Source: the human T2T-CHM13v2.0 reference genome, Homo sapiens. Taken from it: DNA of 64,000 nucleotides. Under the pieces are notes generated by a model. It was given only the letters and a program-made list of their open reading frames with translations. It did no database searches and had not been told where the DNA came from. The stretch is from assembly GCF_009914755.1 (NCBI RefSeq), contig NC_060937.1; one strand, given 5' to 3'. Positions 15,704 to 29,076 of this stretch are shown here, in pieces (the first letter of the stretch is position 1; each line of letters begins with the position of its first letter). The translations under genes were made by a program, and so were the position numbers.

Positions 15704-15879
15704 GTATTTGTTGCTTTAAATGGTTTGAATTAGGTCTGTATCTCAAACTAATATGTTCCAACACAACTGCCCTTGTAGTATGCAACACCCTTGAATATTT
15801 TCTTTATTTTTTAAATCTTCCTTTCCTAAGCTTCCAAGATTCCTGTTCTCTCTCTTGCTTTAGTTAACAATACAGGTAC

Positions 15880-16237
15880 TGTATTAGTCAATTTTCATGC
15901 TGCTGATAAAGACATACCCGAGACTGGGTAATTTACAAAAGAAAGAGGTTTAATTGAACTTAACAGTTCCATGTGTCTGGGATGCCTCACAATCATGACA
16001 GAAGGCAAGGAGAAGCAAGTCATGTCTTACATGGATTGTAGCATGCAAAGAGAGAGAGCTTGTGCAGGGAGACTCCCATTTTTCAAAACCATCAGATCTA
16101 GTGAGACTTATTCACTATCACAAGACCAGCATGGGAAAGACTTGCCCCCATGATTCAATCACCTCCCTCTGGGTCCCTCCCACAACACATGAGAATTCAA
16201 GATGAGAGTTTGGTGGGGACACAGACAAACCATACCA
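15880..16237 (-). mobile_element. THE1B/C solo LTR (MaLR)
   Basis: tgtattagtc...catgctgctgataaagacatacccgagactggg...ggggacacagacaaaccatacca; TSD ggtac/ggtaa. Confidence 0.9.
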
Positions 16238-16715
16238 GGTAATGATGTTTTCTTCTATCTGTCCCTTGAGTGTGAATGTTTCTCAGCCCATAGTTGTTTC
16301 ATTCAATAGACTGTCTCTTGATAAAAACACACCAAATCTTATCACTAATGTTTAAGCCAGGTCCCTAAATATAGAAAACAGATAAAAATTCATTGCATTT
16401 CCTGTAATTTAGCTCAGGAATTGCTTTCAGTATCTACTTGCTCAAATTCCCATCCTTTGTCATGTACTGCTGTTTTTAATCATTTGAACCTAGCTTCACC
16501 TACTGTCTCTTATTTATTTATTTTAGTTTCTCTTCTCTTCTTTACTCTTTTTTGTAACTACAATTCCTATTAATTCTGGAAGAGATAAACTGATTTTGGA
16601 ACCATTCCCCAGTTCATTTCTTTTTCCCATAAAAGAAAGGATATATTTCTTTCTTTCCTCCAGATGATATATCAAACCTTATTCATAGGGGAAAAAGAAG
16701 ATTTGCCATTTAATC

Positions 16716-16880
16716 AGTGGTCCTCAAAATTTAGCAGGTATGAGAATCACCTGAAGAACTTGTTAAGACACAGAACACTGGTCTTGCTCTTAAAGTTTCT
16801 GATTCATTAGATCTGGGGTGAAACATGAGAATTTAAATTTCCAATAAATTCATAGGTAATGCTGTTGTTCTTGGTCTGGG
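16716..16880. mobile_element. MER5A (hAT-Charlie MITE)
   Basis: cagtggtcctcaaa...gaatcacctgaagaacttgttaa...gtttctgattcattagatctggggtg...ggtaatgctg. Confidence 0.75.
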
Positions 16881-16959
16881 TAATAGGAGTAGTTCCAGTC
16901 TATTATATATTGTTTGTTATTTTCTTTATTGCAAACCTTTATATCATGTGCTCTTTCTG

Positions 16960-17470
16960 AGTGTGGATAAAAGTTGTACCTTTATTCTAACCAATAGAAT
17001 ATGGCAAATGTGATGGGGTATTACCTTATCACCGTGTTATGATACATAGGACTCCGTTTCAGCAGAAAGGAGAGAGAGAGGTTCTCCTGCTGTCTTTGAA
17101 GAAACAAGCAGTCATGTCACAAACTGCCTATGCAGAAGGCCACGTGGCCAAGATGTGAGGGTAGTCTCTAAAACTTGAAATTAGGTTCCAGGCAATAGCT
17201 AATAAAAAGCTGGGAACTTCAGTCAGACAATCACATGGAAATGCATTCTATAAAATACCTGAATAAACCTGAAGGAATCTGAATGCAGTGGATTTTTCCT
17301 TAGTTAAGCATCCAGATGCAAACACACCCTTGTGTGTTTTCACCTTCTTTGCAGCTATGGGAGACCCTGAGCAGAGGACTTGGTCAGAAGCCAAGTGTGG
17401 ACTCTGACCCTTGACAACTGTGAAATAATACATGTATGTGGTTTGAAACTTCTAAGTTTGTATTGCAAAC
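16960..17470 (+). mobile_element. MLT1F/G-type MaLR LTR
   Basis: ttctaaccaatagaatatggcaaatgtgatggg...ggccacgtggc...aactgtgaaataatacatgtatgtggttt...ctaagtttg. Confidence 0.7.
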
Positions 17471-19044
17471 AACATCTTCTAAAAATATTATCCCCAGAAC
17501 CAACCTCTCCAAACTTCTATCACCTATAGGATAACATCTAAATACCTTATTAGGGTGCATAAGGTTCTTTATCAAAAGGGTCTCACTTCTGTCTGTAGCC
17601 TCAGTGTCCAAGGAGTTGACCCTTCTTCTTGCTATTTCAACTTTTATCTTCAAATTTGGAACATGCTCTAATAGATAAAGATCAGAATCTTTCAATACTT
17701 TTTCACTGAGGATTCCTCATTCTTTACCCACACTTAATCCCTTCAAAATTTATTTCCAGTGTTGTCATCTTCTGGGAAATCTACCCAGACACTACCCATC
17801 AACTCGACTCCTGGGCCTGAATTAATTATCCATAGCCTTTGACTCTAAGCACATATTTACCTCTATTTTTACAGTTAAAACATTGTCTTGCAAAGTTAGT
17901 TTGCTTTTCTGTCTTCCCTTGTTGATTTCAGGAACTTGAGAGCAAGTAGTTTCCCCTAGTTAATACCTCAGATGCCTGTCTACAAAGATGGTACATATTT
18001 AAAGGTTCAATCATGAGTAATGGTTTATAAGAAATCCATATATATTTTTCAGAAGGACATTACTTATTAAAATACTACTGATGCAAAAAATAGTAGCCTT
18101 GGTAGAGAAAAATATATGCAACATAGACTAAATAGTATCTGATATCATAAAGTCATGGCCATCCCCTAACAGGGATGGGAAATAAAGAACAATAGGAGGT
18201 ATTTGTTTAGCCATGTTAGGTAGGTCAAACACTGAGTTACATGTGTATTTTCCAGGGACTCTATGATGCCAGTTTATAATATGCTGTTTTGTACTGAGCT
18301 AATACCACAAATTTCAGTTTTATACAGTTCTGCATGGATACGCTCTTTGAATGAATCAACTATTGTCATCACTTTTGATGGAAGATATTTATTTAATTAA
18401 ATTACTAAATAAATAATCACAAATTTTAAAATAACACAATTTTAAATGTACTATATAGTGAACACATTATTGAGGTTTTAAAAAACACTCATCTATTACA
18501 TTTTCTGTTTCCCTAAAAAGAAATCTCATCCTTTCATAGTTTTTCCTCTGTTTTCTGGGAAATTAGATTTAACCAATGTAATAGCATTCAGATTTATATT
18601 TAGAGACCTCACATGAGGAAAATTTTTCATTTCTAGTCTGATTCCTCTGCATCCATGAGATGTATATTATCCTTAAAAATATTATTCAATATAGTAATCA
18701 CATTGAATTCTTCTTTTGCCATTATGCCGCAGAGCAAAAAGCTGACGTCATGTGATGGTCCTAATAAAGTCACTTGTAATGCACAGACAATTACACAGAA
18801 ACCATAAGAAAAAGGCACCATTACATAAAGATAGGTAATATGACAATATAATTATAATTTAAATGAGACCATTATCCTTAATAAATCAAACCTATATACA
18901 CTTGGAAAGAGAAAACCACAGTCTTTCAATATAGCTATTTATAGATATCCCAAATATTCTTTCTTATAAAAAGAATTTAAATTGCAAAGCATAAAAGGGA
19001 AAAAGATCACACCACTTGGCTTGTGTTGATATGTTGACACTGCT

Positions 19045-19421
19045 TGTTACGTCCTGAGTTATGTCCTCAAAAATGTTTATGCTAAAGTTCTAACCCCCAG
19101 TGTCTCAGAATGTAAATATATCTCTAGGCAGGGCCTTTAAAGAGGTAACGAAGTTAAAGTAAGGCTTTAGGATGATGTCCCTATAAGAAGATTAGGATAT
19201 AAAGAGAGACACTAGGGGTGGACACATTCAGAGAAAAGGCCGTGTGAAGACACACTGAAAAAGTGATGATCTGCAAGCCAAGGAGAGAGTCTCAGAAGAA
19301 TCCAAACTTCTCTGCACCTTGATCTTGGATTTCCAGCCTCCGGAAGTCTGAGAAAATAAATGTCTATTAAAGTTGGCCAGTCTGTGGTATTTTGTTGTGG
19401 CAGCCATAGCAAAGTAATAAA
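19045..19421 (+). mobile_element. MLT1B-type solo LTR
   Basis: ctaacccccagtgtctcagaatgt...gcaagccaaggagagagtctcagaag...accttgatcttggatttccagcctcc...gtctgtggtattttgttgtggcagcc; TSD ctgct/ctgcc. Confidence 0.85.
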
Positions 19422-21559
19422 CTGCCCCATTTTCCCTCAGTACTAACAAGGTCATGGTAGCAACAATGACAAAATAGAAACATATTTCTCTAAGAGTGAA
19501 AGAAAAAATAATTTTTGATGCTATAAATATTTCTGAGAAGCCATTTTAAAAATGATACATAAACTTAGATTTATTCTTCTTAATACTAGTGTTGTTTTTT
19601 CTCTCTTGTTTTCAACTTAGAACAAATCTCTGTCTGGTTTTGTGCAGGAGCACTAATCTGAGTGTATTACAATAAAATTACAAAAAAATGATAAATATAT
19701 TTAGTATATCTCTAAAGTAATTACTTTAGCAATAAAATACAACAATCAGGAAAGATGATGCTTTTATTCTAAAACCTATGCCAGAATATTGCAACACGAA
19801 TAGCCTGTATAAGGTACAAGAGTTTTTTTTTTTAAAAAAATTGCTTTGTTAACTATTCCTGTAATGACAACTTGACATTTGGTCTTTACAATTAAAATGA
19901 TAAGTATCAGATTAAGAAAATTTGAAGTACCTCCTTTTTTATAAACAGGTATAAAAATTAACAGCTGACAAATTTTTTAATCTTGGCCACCTGTATTATA
20001 CCTGGCATGATTTAATTAACACAAAATGAAAAATACACATTTCCAAGTATCGCTACTGAATAGGTTTTCCTAGGCTGATAATTGAACTCATAAAATATGT
20101 AATTATTATTCAGATAAAGAAAATGAATATATTGTTATCTATTAATACATTATGACCCTAAAGCCCTTTGTTAAACTCTTTATTCCTTTATGAATAAAAA
20201 TCTCACAGTTTCTTTTACTATATTCTTAATATAAAGGAGCAGTATTTTATGATCATTATTATATAAGAAGACACTTGTTCTATACAAAATTGAATTCCAC
20301 TAGTCACAGATCATTTTTAAGGTAGTTAAGCTACTATAGTAGCAGATATTATACCTTGAAGTCATTGAACTCATACCAGCTGACAAGCTAACAGAAAATT
20401 GAAAGACAATTTTCAATACTATGCTCCAACTAAATGCCAATTTAGAAACTAAATATAAATCCTGGATTCTGTTTGCACTTTGAAAATTACATTCCAAAGT
20501 TTAACAGTAGAATGAACTTTTTTGTAAGTTCTATAGTCTCAAGTCTTGAGGCTTAGGCAAAGTGTGTTCCAAAAGAATAGGTGCTATTACTTAAAATGCA
20601 AAAAAAATTTCTAAAGCTATACATACCCGTAAAACTTCTTAGGTAAAGAAACAACAACAACAAAGCAGTATTTGAAATGCTGAATTTCTTTATCAGGATA
20701 ACTGGGAAAATATGAAATTATAAAACTACAGTTTCTACTGCTAGGAAAGAATGACCAGTGCTTACCACACAGAATCTTAGGTGATTCATTCAGTGGACAT
20801 TTATGGAAAATTATGAGTCAGACACTAGGCTATCTACCAGAGAATACCAAGACACAGCCATTAGGCTCAAAGCGCTCACAAACTATTGGGGAAGCAGACA
20901 GAAAAAAAAACAATGACAACCCAGTGTTGTACGAAATAAGCAAGTGGTGCTTTGGAAGACCACAGAAAAAGAATTAACACAGACGAGGTATGTGAGTGAG
21001 AGTGATTCCTTGCAGAAAGGGATGTACATGATGAGCTTTACAGAATGAGTAGGAAGTTGGCTAGAGGGGAAATTAAGTGCAAAGCACAGAAGCTTAAATG
21101 TTATGGTTTATAAACTGGTGACTACAGTGGCAAAGGGGAAGAGACAAGTAGTCAATGAAAGAAATTATAAAGAAATATATTTGTAAAATATATGGAATTC
21201 TAGCAAAAGGTAATATTAGGAATTATTGTTTAGGGTAGCAACTAAAAATGCTGTATTTTTGTGCTTTAATACTGGGATTGAGAACATTACTTCTTCTCCC
21301 TTTAGTATACTCCTTGAAGTTGTAATAGTAGTATCTACTTTATAGCTGTGTTGTGATGAATAAATTAATTTATATAGGAAAAGAGCAAGGCATCAAGGCT
21401 AATACATAGTAAGTACTCAATAATTTGACTCGACACCTAAGAAACAGATAATCCAGTTGTACTATGGAAAGATTGCCCTCAAAGCAAGATCTAGAATGAT
21501 TCATAAAGGGACAAAATAGCAGGTGGCAAGGATTTCTAGGGGCTGATGTAGTAACCAGG

Positions 21560-21927
21560 TGTCTTAGTTCAGGCTACTATAAGACTGGGTAGCTTACAAA
21601 ACAAACACTTATTTGTTATAACTCTGAATGCAGAAAGTGAGGCTGGAGATTAGGTTTCCAGTGTGGTCAGGTTATTGGTGAGGCCTAGATTCTTGGTTAT
21701 ATCTTCTCACGGCATTTCCTTGCTATGTGCACACAGAAAAACAAATCTCCTGTCCTTCTTCTTTTAATAACTGGTTTATACTCATCATAAGGGCTTCACC
21801 ATCATAACCTCATCAAATCTAATCACCTCCCAAAAGCCCCACTTCCAAATACCATCACATTGGGCATTAGAAAGTTAACATATAAGGCTTGGGGTGGGGG
21901 AGCAAAACAAACATTTGGTCCATAGCA
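21560..21927 (-). mobile_element. MLT1A/MLT1A0 solo LTR
   Basis: tgtcttagttcaggctactata...ctaatcacctcccaaaagccccacttccaaataccatcacattggg...ccatagca; perfect TSD ccagg at 21555-21559 and 21928-21932. Confidence 0.85.
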
Positions 21928-22025
21928 CCAGGTGAGAATTAAAGCTATCCATGAGAGAGTGGGAAGGGATGATGAGTTGGAGAGAGATTTGAAAGCTATT
22001 AAGAAGTAGAACTAGAAAACAGTTA

Positions 22026-24525
22026 GGGGGAGAGGTTCAAGATGGCTGACTAAAAACAGCTGTGGTCTGTCTCTTCCACAGAGAAGAACCAAAATATTTA
22101 GTAGATATTCACACTTTGAATAGATCATCTGAGAGAGAACACTGGGATTCAACAGAGAGGCAATAAAAAATACAAAGTTTGAAGGAGGGGGAAGCAGGGT
22201 TGCTCAGTCAGGGTTGCTGGGGCCTGGAACTGCTCCCTAGCCCAGGGAAGGGATAAGTGAAAGACTTTGAATAGCTCATCTGAGAGAGAACACTGGGATT
22301 CAACAGAGAGGCAATAAAAAATACAAAGCGTGAAGGAGGGGGAAGCAGGGTTGCTCAGTCAGGATTGCTGGGGCCTGGAGCTGCTCCCTAGCCCAGGGAA
22401 GGGATAAGTGAAAGACCTCCAGGGCTCCACATTTCTGCCACAGACCTTTACAATCCAGCTACAAGAGAGCCCCTCAACCCTCACAGGCCTCTACTTGGCA
22501 TAGGAAGCTGCCTGGAGATCACAGAGAGACACTGCTCTAACTCATGTAAAGTCCGACTGGCTTCCTAGCACTGGACAACTGCAGCATGGCACCATTCTGG
22601 GTGCCTGTCTACTTCTATTCAACTTAGTACTGGAAGTCCCAGCTAGAGCAATCAGGCAAAAGAAGTAAAAGGTATCCAAATTTGAAAAGAGGAAGTGAAG
22701 TTAGCTCTGTTTGCTGAAGATATGATTTTATAACTAGAAAACCATAAGGTTCTCTACAAAAGACCTCTAGATTTGGTAAATGACTTCAGTAAAGTTTCAG
22801 GATACAAAATCAACATACAAAAATCAGTACCATTTTTATATATCAATAAGAGTCAAGCTGAGAACCAAATAAAGAATTCAATCCCATTTACCATAGCTAT
22901 GAAAAAATTAAAAACTAGGAATGCAATTAAACAAGAAGGTAACAGATCTCTACAAGAACTACAAAATACTGCTGAAAGAAATTGTAGATGACATACACAA
23001 ATGAAAAAACATCCCATGCTCATGGATTAGAAGAATCAATATTGTTAAAATGACCATACTGCCCAAAGCAATCTACAGATTCAATGTAATTCCTATCTGA
23101 GTATTGACATTATATTCACAAAATTCGGAAAAAAAAATCCTAAAATTCATAGGAAACAAAAACAGCCCAAACAGCCAAAGCAAAATCTTAACCAAAAGAA
23201 CAAAGCTGGAGGTATCATATACCAGACTTCAAGTTATACTATGAGACTACAGCAACCAAAACAGTGTGGTACTCATATCAAAACAGACACAGATCAATGG
23301 AACAGAATAGAGATTCCAGAAATAAAGCTACACACCTACCACCAACTGATCTTTGACAAAGTTGACAAAAATATACACTGAGGAACAGAGATCCAATTAA
23401 TAAATGGTCCTGGGGAAATTGGATAGCCATATGTAGAAGAATGAAACCTGTTACCATATACAAAAATTAACTCAAGATGTATTAAAGACTTAAACATAAA
23501 ACCTGACATTATAAAACAGATTAGAAGAATACCTAGGAAAAACTCTTCTGGACATTGGTCTAGGCAAAAAATTTATGACTAAGTTCTCAAACGCAACAAA
23601 AACAAAAATAGACAAATGAGACTTAATTAAACTAAAAACCTTCTGCACAGCAAAAATGTAATCATCAGAGTAAACAGAAAATCTGCATAAAGGGAGAAAA
23701 TACTTGCAAACTATACATCCATCACAGAGCTAATATCTAGAATCTAGAAGGAACTCAAACACCTCAACAAGAAAAAAAATTACCCCATTAAACAGTGGGC
23801 AGAGGATATGAACATTTTTTTCTCAAAAGAAGACATACAAGCAGCCAACAAACATGAAAACAGGCTCAACATCACTAATCATCAGAGAAATGCAAATTAA
23901 AATCACAGTGCGATATCCTCTTACAGCAGTCAGAATGGCTATTATTAAAAAGTCAAAAAACAACGGATGTTGGTGAGGATGCAAAGAAAAGGGAATGCCT
24001 ATACACAGTTGTTGGGAATGTAAATTAGTACACCCTCTATTGAAAATAGTATGGATATTTCTCAAATAATTAAAAATAGAGCTACCATTTGATCCAGCAA
24101 TCCTACTATTGAGTTTATACACAAAGGAAAATAAAGTATCATATCAAAAAGACAACTGTATTCATGTATTTATAGCATCACTATTTACAATAGCAAAATT
24201 ATAGAATCGACTTAAATGTCCATCAGTGGATAATTGAATAAAGAGAATGTTATACACACACGTACATACACACATACTCACACAAAGATATATATATATA
24301 TATATGCAATATACACTGTACATATGGATATAGTTCGTGGAAAAATAAACATTGGAGTCTTCAAAAGGTGGGAGTGTGGGAGGTGGGTGTGGTATGTGAA
24401 ATTACCTATTGGGTGCAATGCACACTGTTAGGGTGATAGTTATGCTAAAAGCCAAGACTTCACTACTATATCTATGGAACAAAAATGCACTATACTCCCT
24501 AAATCCATAAAAATTTTAAAAAATT
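22026..24525 (+). mobile_element. L1PB-type element with intact 5' end, large internal deletion, ORF2 3' half and 3' UTR
   Basis: 5' start gggggagaggttcaagatggctgacta (YY1-type caagatggc); jumps at ~22610 into ORF2 (cttctattcaac...; ORF 22773 [16 protein letters not shown]); 3' UTR aaattacctattgggtgcaatgcacactgtt...ctaaatccataaaa. Confidence 0.85.
22113..22414 (+). repeat. 151-bp tandem duplication within the L1 5' UTR
   Basis: Units start actttgaatag at 22113 and 22264; 5 mismatches counted. Confidence 0.95.
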
Positions 24526-25030
24526 AGAACCTATACAGCCTGATGCCCTAATGTAGGAAGTGAAAAAGGAAAATGAAAGATGACTTCCAGGTGTGTGCAG
24601 GTGCTATTGATTAACAAGAAATACTGGAGAAAATGAGTAATTATGAGAGAACACATTGAACTCAGATTGAGAACTTTTTTTATTTTAGATGGCTGTTAAG
24701 CTTTGGAGCTACATCTAAACTGAAATAAAAATTTGTAATAACAAGCAAATTATTCTACACTTCTTGGTTAACATTCCCTTTAATATCCAAAGAAAGTTGC
24801 TAGAGGCCCATTCCATGTAATTATAAAAGTCAAAGAATTTCATAAATGTTGTTAGGCTTCTAAAGAAGTTACTCTCATGTTTTTCTACCAAATTTTTGTT
24901 TCAAATACATTATTGATTTGCACTTGTTTTACTTTCTATAGTGGCTGCCCTTCCTCTGTCACTTGGCCACTTCTGAATGCTTTGACCTTTCTTCCCGTTT
25001 CCCAAAGCTCCACCAACAAGGTTTGTGGTA

Positions 25031-25550
<520 letters not shown>

Positions 25551-25692
25551 TTAATACGAACTTTTCACTGCTATGTTTGATAAATAACAACAATCACAAA
25601 ACAACATAAAAAAGAAATCACTTAAATATTCAGTATGACTGTTAAAAATTTTCTTAGCTACCTACACCACAGGGACCCTCTTCATGGCTGGA

Positions 25693-25796
25693 TTTCTTTT
25701 TCTTTTCTTTTCTTTTCTTTTCTTTTCTTTTCTTTTCTTTTCTTTTCTTTTCTTTTCTTTTTTCTCTTCTCTTCTCTTCTCTTCTCTCTTCTTTTT
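25693..25796. repeat. (TTTTC)n/(CTCTT)n simple repeat derived from an Alu tail
   Basis: Direct reading; abuts a degenerate Alu. Confidence 0.9.
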
Positions 25797-26034
25797 AGGC
25801 CAGATATTGTTCTATCACTCAGACGAGTGCAATGGCATCATCAGAGCTCACTGCAGCATAGACCTCCTGTGCTCAAATGATCCTTCCACCTCATCCAGCC
25901 AAGCAGCTGGAACTACAGGTATGTACCATCAAGTCTTGCTATATTGCTGGGATTGAACTCCTGGCCTCAAGCAATTCTCCCAGCTCAGTCTCTCAAAGGG
26001 CTGAGATGATGAGCATATGGCACCACAACCAGCC
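25797..26034 (-). mobile_element. Degenerate AluJ with internal deletion
   Basis: gagtgcaatggc...gctcactgcagc...gctcaaatgatcc...gaactcctggcctcaagcaattctcc...caccacaaccagcc. Confidence 0.8.
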
Positions 26035-27689
26035 AATATTTCTCGTTAGGTCTCAAGCAGTCATTGAATATCTGCATCCATTCTGCTTCTCTAAAAACTT
26101 CTTTACACATCCCTTTTTGATTTTACTATTTGACATCTCTAAAATCTCTTTCTTTTTAAGAGCCAAATCAATAAATGAAGAGACTAATTTCACTGTCAAT
26201 GCCTTGTCGTTCTTCACTTAGGAGAAATAGGGTAAAAGCAAAACCTCATTACACTACTTTTCTCAATCAAAAACTTTATCAACTTCAGGTTTCCATTCTT
26301 ACTAATACCAAGAATCAAGAAAACATTCATTTGTTCTTAACTTAACTAGCTCAAATTCTCAGGAAGATGTGTTGGCTACCAACTTGGATTTGTCTTGATA
26401 GTAGAATGTGTGGTTCAAGTTAGAGAGTACACGAGAAAATCCAGGGTCAACTGGTTATTTAAAAAATTCTCACTAAAGAGTTTAGTGTCAGAAGAAATGA
26501 TTTATCAGACTCTGGAACACAGAAAGAAGTACCTAAGAAGAAAAACACCCAACCTCACTAATATGATTTTCATTCTGTGCACAAATAGGTTATTGCTTTG
26601 AAACAGGTCAGAGTCTTGAGCTCCAAACAAAGTGGAGCTGTGACTGTGAAGAGTGTGTGTTGATGGGTGCAGAGGTAATGAGATTGCAAACTCAGAAGAA
26701 AAGCAAAAGAAAAACAAAAATGAAGAAATCTTGGACTGATGCCTATTTTTTTCTTTCTGTAACTGCGGCCCTTTTTGGAGGAGTTCTAACGATGGGTTAA
26801 ACCACAAGGAGAAAATTAAACTTCTCTTAAATGTAGTTAAAATCCCTAGAGAGACATGAGTTTGTCACGACTGCCTGAGAAGATATTGGCTGGGATTAAA
26901 TATTGAATGTGTCTGCCAACAATGACTGCCTGACGTGACACACAAGAGTTTCTCAGTGAGGAAAAAAAAGACCATGTAAGAGTACATGGATTTTATATTT
27001 TTCTGTGACTTAGATGTTGGTACCATTTATTAGACGAAAAGAAAAGTGCTGGAGCAGTTGGGGATTTTAAGAAACTACAATTATTGAAATAAGAGCTAAG
27101 TGTGATAGGAGGTAAAACCAACTGGGGATATGTAAGAGGTTTGCTGATAAATGTTTAGGGCAGTGGGGAAATAGGATTCCATAGATCCTTTACTGCCAGC
27201 AACCTGGTTACATGCTTTTTCTTGATCATAGATAAATATCTTAACTGTAGAAGGTAAGAAGACAAATGGAAGGAGTTAACAGATATTTGAAGATATGCAG
27301 ATGGTGGGAGAAAGTTCAATGGTAATTGAGAATTGGTTCGCTGACAAGAGGGTTTTCCATAAGAAATAGTCTCTCTATTGGTTTAGAAAAAGTGTAGGAC
27401 ATTAGTAATAAGCTTTTGAATCTCCAAATTATGCCCAATAAATATTCGAATTAGAGTTGCTTCCAGACAGAGATGCCATTCATTTGGGAAGTTTCCCACC
27501 CCCCTTCAAATTTCTGAATGGGACAATAGAGGTAGAACCCAGACAACTGGGACATCTTCATAAAATATTCTTGAACATTCATGAGTTGAGTTTAGTGCTA
27601 TTTGGAAGGAAACTGGTAAGCCTGAGAAAGGCACTAAATTGATAATGAAACACTAAAAAATAGCTTATAATTTGGTGGCATTAATAATT

Positions 27690-27900
27690 TCAGGTACTCT
27701 TTTATGTTTATCTACATTATACCATTTAATAGTCAGAATATACCTATGAAGTAGGTACTATTATTATTATCATTCTACAGATAAGGCAGATAAGGAGATT
27801 GAGACACAGAGATATTAAGACTCATACTTAAAGTCACACAAGCAAACGTTAGAACCTGGACTTCAGAGATCTGGCCAGGATCCTGTTCAGTACTTTCGAT
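27690..27900 (-). mobile_element. MIR SINE
   Basis: cctatgaagtaggtactattattatt...acagataag...gagacacagag...aaagtcacacagc...agaacctggactt. Confidence 0.65.
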
Positions 27901-28024
27901 GTTACTCTAATTCTTCTCTAATTTGGGTTTGCTTCATGAATGTTTCTATATGCTGACATCTTTAAACTTCTGTTTTCTTATCTTTAAAGTTGGAAAAATA
28001 TTTTATATTTTTTCTGATTATCTC

Positions 28025-29076
28025 TTGCTCCATAGTAAATTACCCTAAAACAGTAGCTTAAAACAATACCTTTAATTGATTTCATTCACACATTTTTTTC
28101 TGCCAAGCCTCGGGCAGCAGTCTTTCTCGAGTCTTTTCTATGGTTGTAGTCAGTTGGTGGCTGGGACTGGAGTCATCTTAAGGATGAATCTTCTTATCCT
28201 AGACACTAGGCATGTGAGTGATTGTCTTCCTCACTCAATCAGTCACATATCTAGTGTCTAGAATGAGAAGACTCAAACATCTGGGGGCTAGAACACCTCT
28301 TGTCTCTTGATCATCTCTCTGTGTGATCTCACCATGTGTATATGTGATCTCCAGCTGGCCTCTCTAACACATAGTAACTTCAATGAAACCAGACTTCTTA
28401 TATTGTAGCTTAGGGTTTCAAAACCCAAGACAAAAAGAGCCAGGTAGAAACTGTATTGACTCAAATAACCTAACCTGAAAAGTCCTGTAGTGTCACTAAA
28501 TTGTACTCTATTCCTTAGACAATTCACTAAGGTCAGTCCATATTCAAGAGGAGGGGAGTTAGACTAACATCTTGAGTGTGGTAGGCTAAATAATGCCTCC
28601 CACCCCCCACAAAAGATGCCACTTTCTAATCTCAGAGATCTATGCTATGCTTTACATGGCAAAGGAAACTTTGCAGATATGATTAAGTTAAGGATCTTGA
28701 GATGGAGAGATTATCCTGGATAATCCAGGCAGGCTTAATGTAATCACAAAAGGTTCTAATAAGAGAGAGCAGGAAAGTCAGAGTCAGAGAAGGAGATGAG
28801 ATGACAAAAGCTGAGGTCAGAGTGAGGCCAAGCCCAGGCAAGGCAGCCTCTAGAAGCTGGAAAAGGCAAGGAAACAGATTCTCAACTCAAGCCTCTGGAA
28901 GGCTGGAGCCCTTATTTGATTTTTGATCCATTTTGGACTTCTAAATTCAGGAAATGTGAGATATTAAATTTGTGTTGCTTTAAGCCATTTACTTGGTGGT
29001 CATTTATCACAGCATCAATAGAAAACAAATACAAGAAGTATCAACTAATTTGTGGGTAGATTTTAAGACTATCACA
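28025..29076 (-). mobile_element. MLT1H-type LTR interrupted by MLT1D
   Basis: aaattaccctaaaacagtagcttaaaacaat...tcactaaggtcagtccatattcaagaggagggg; resumes after 29033 with agaagtatcaactaatttgtgg...atcaca. Confidence 0.6.
28577..29033 (+). mobile_element. MLT1D solo LTR
   Basis: tgtggtaggctaaataatg...acatggcaaaggaaactttgcagat...gattatcctggataatcc...ctagaagctggaaaaggcaaggaaacagattctc...aatagaaaacaaataca. Confidence 0.85.
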
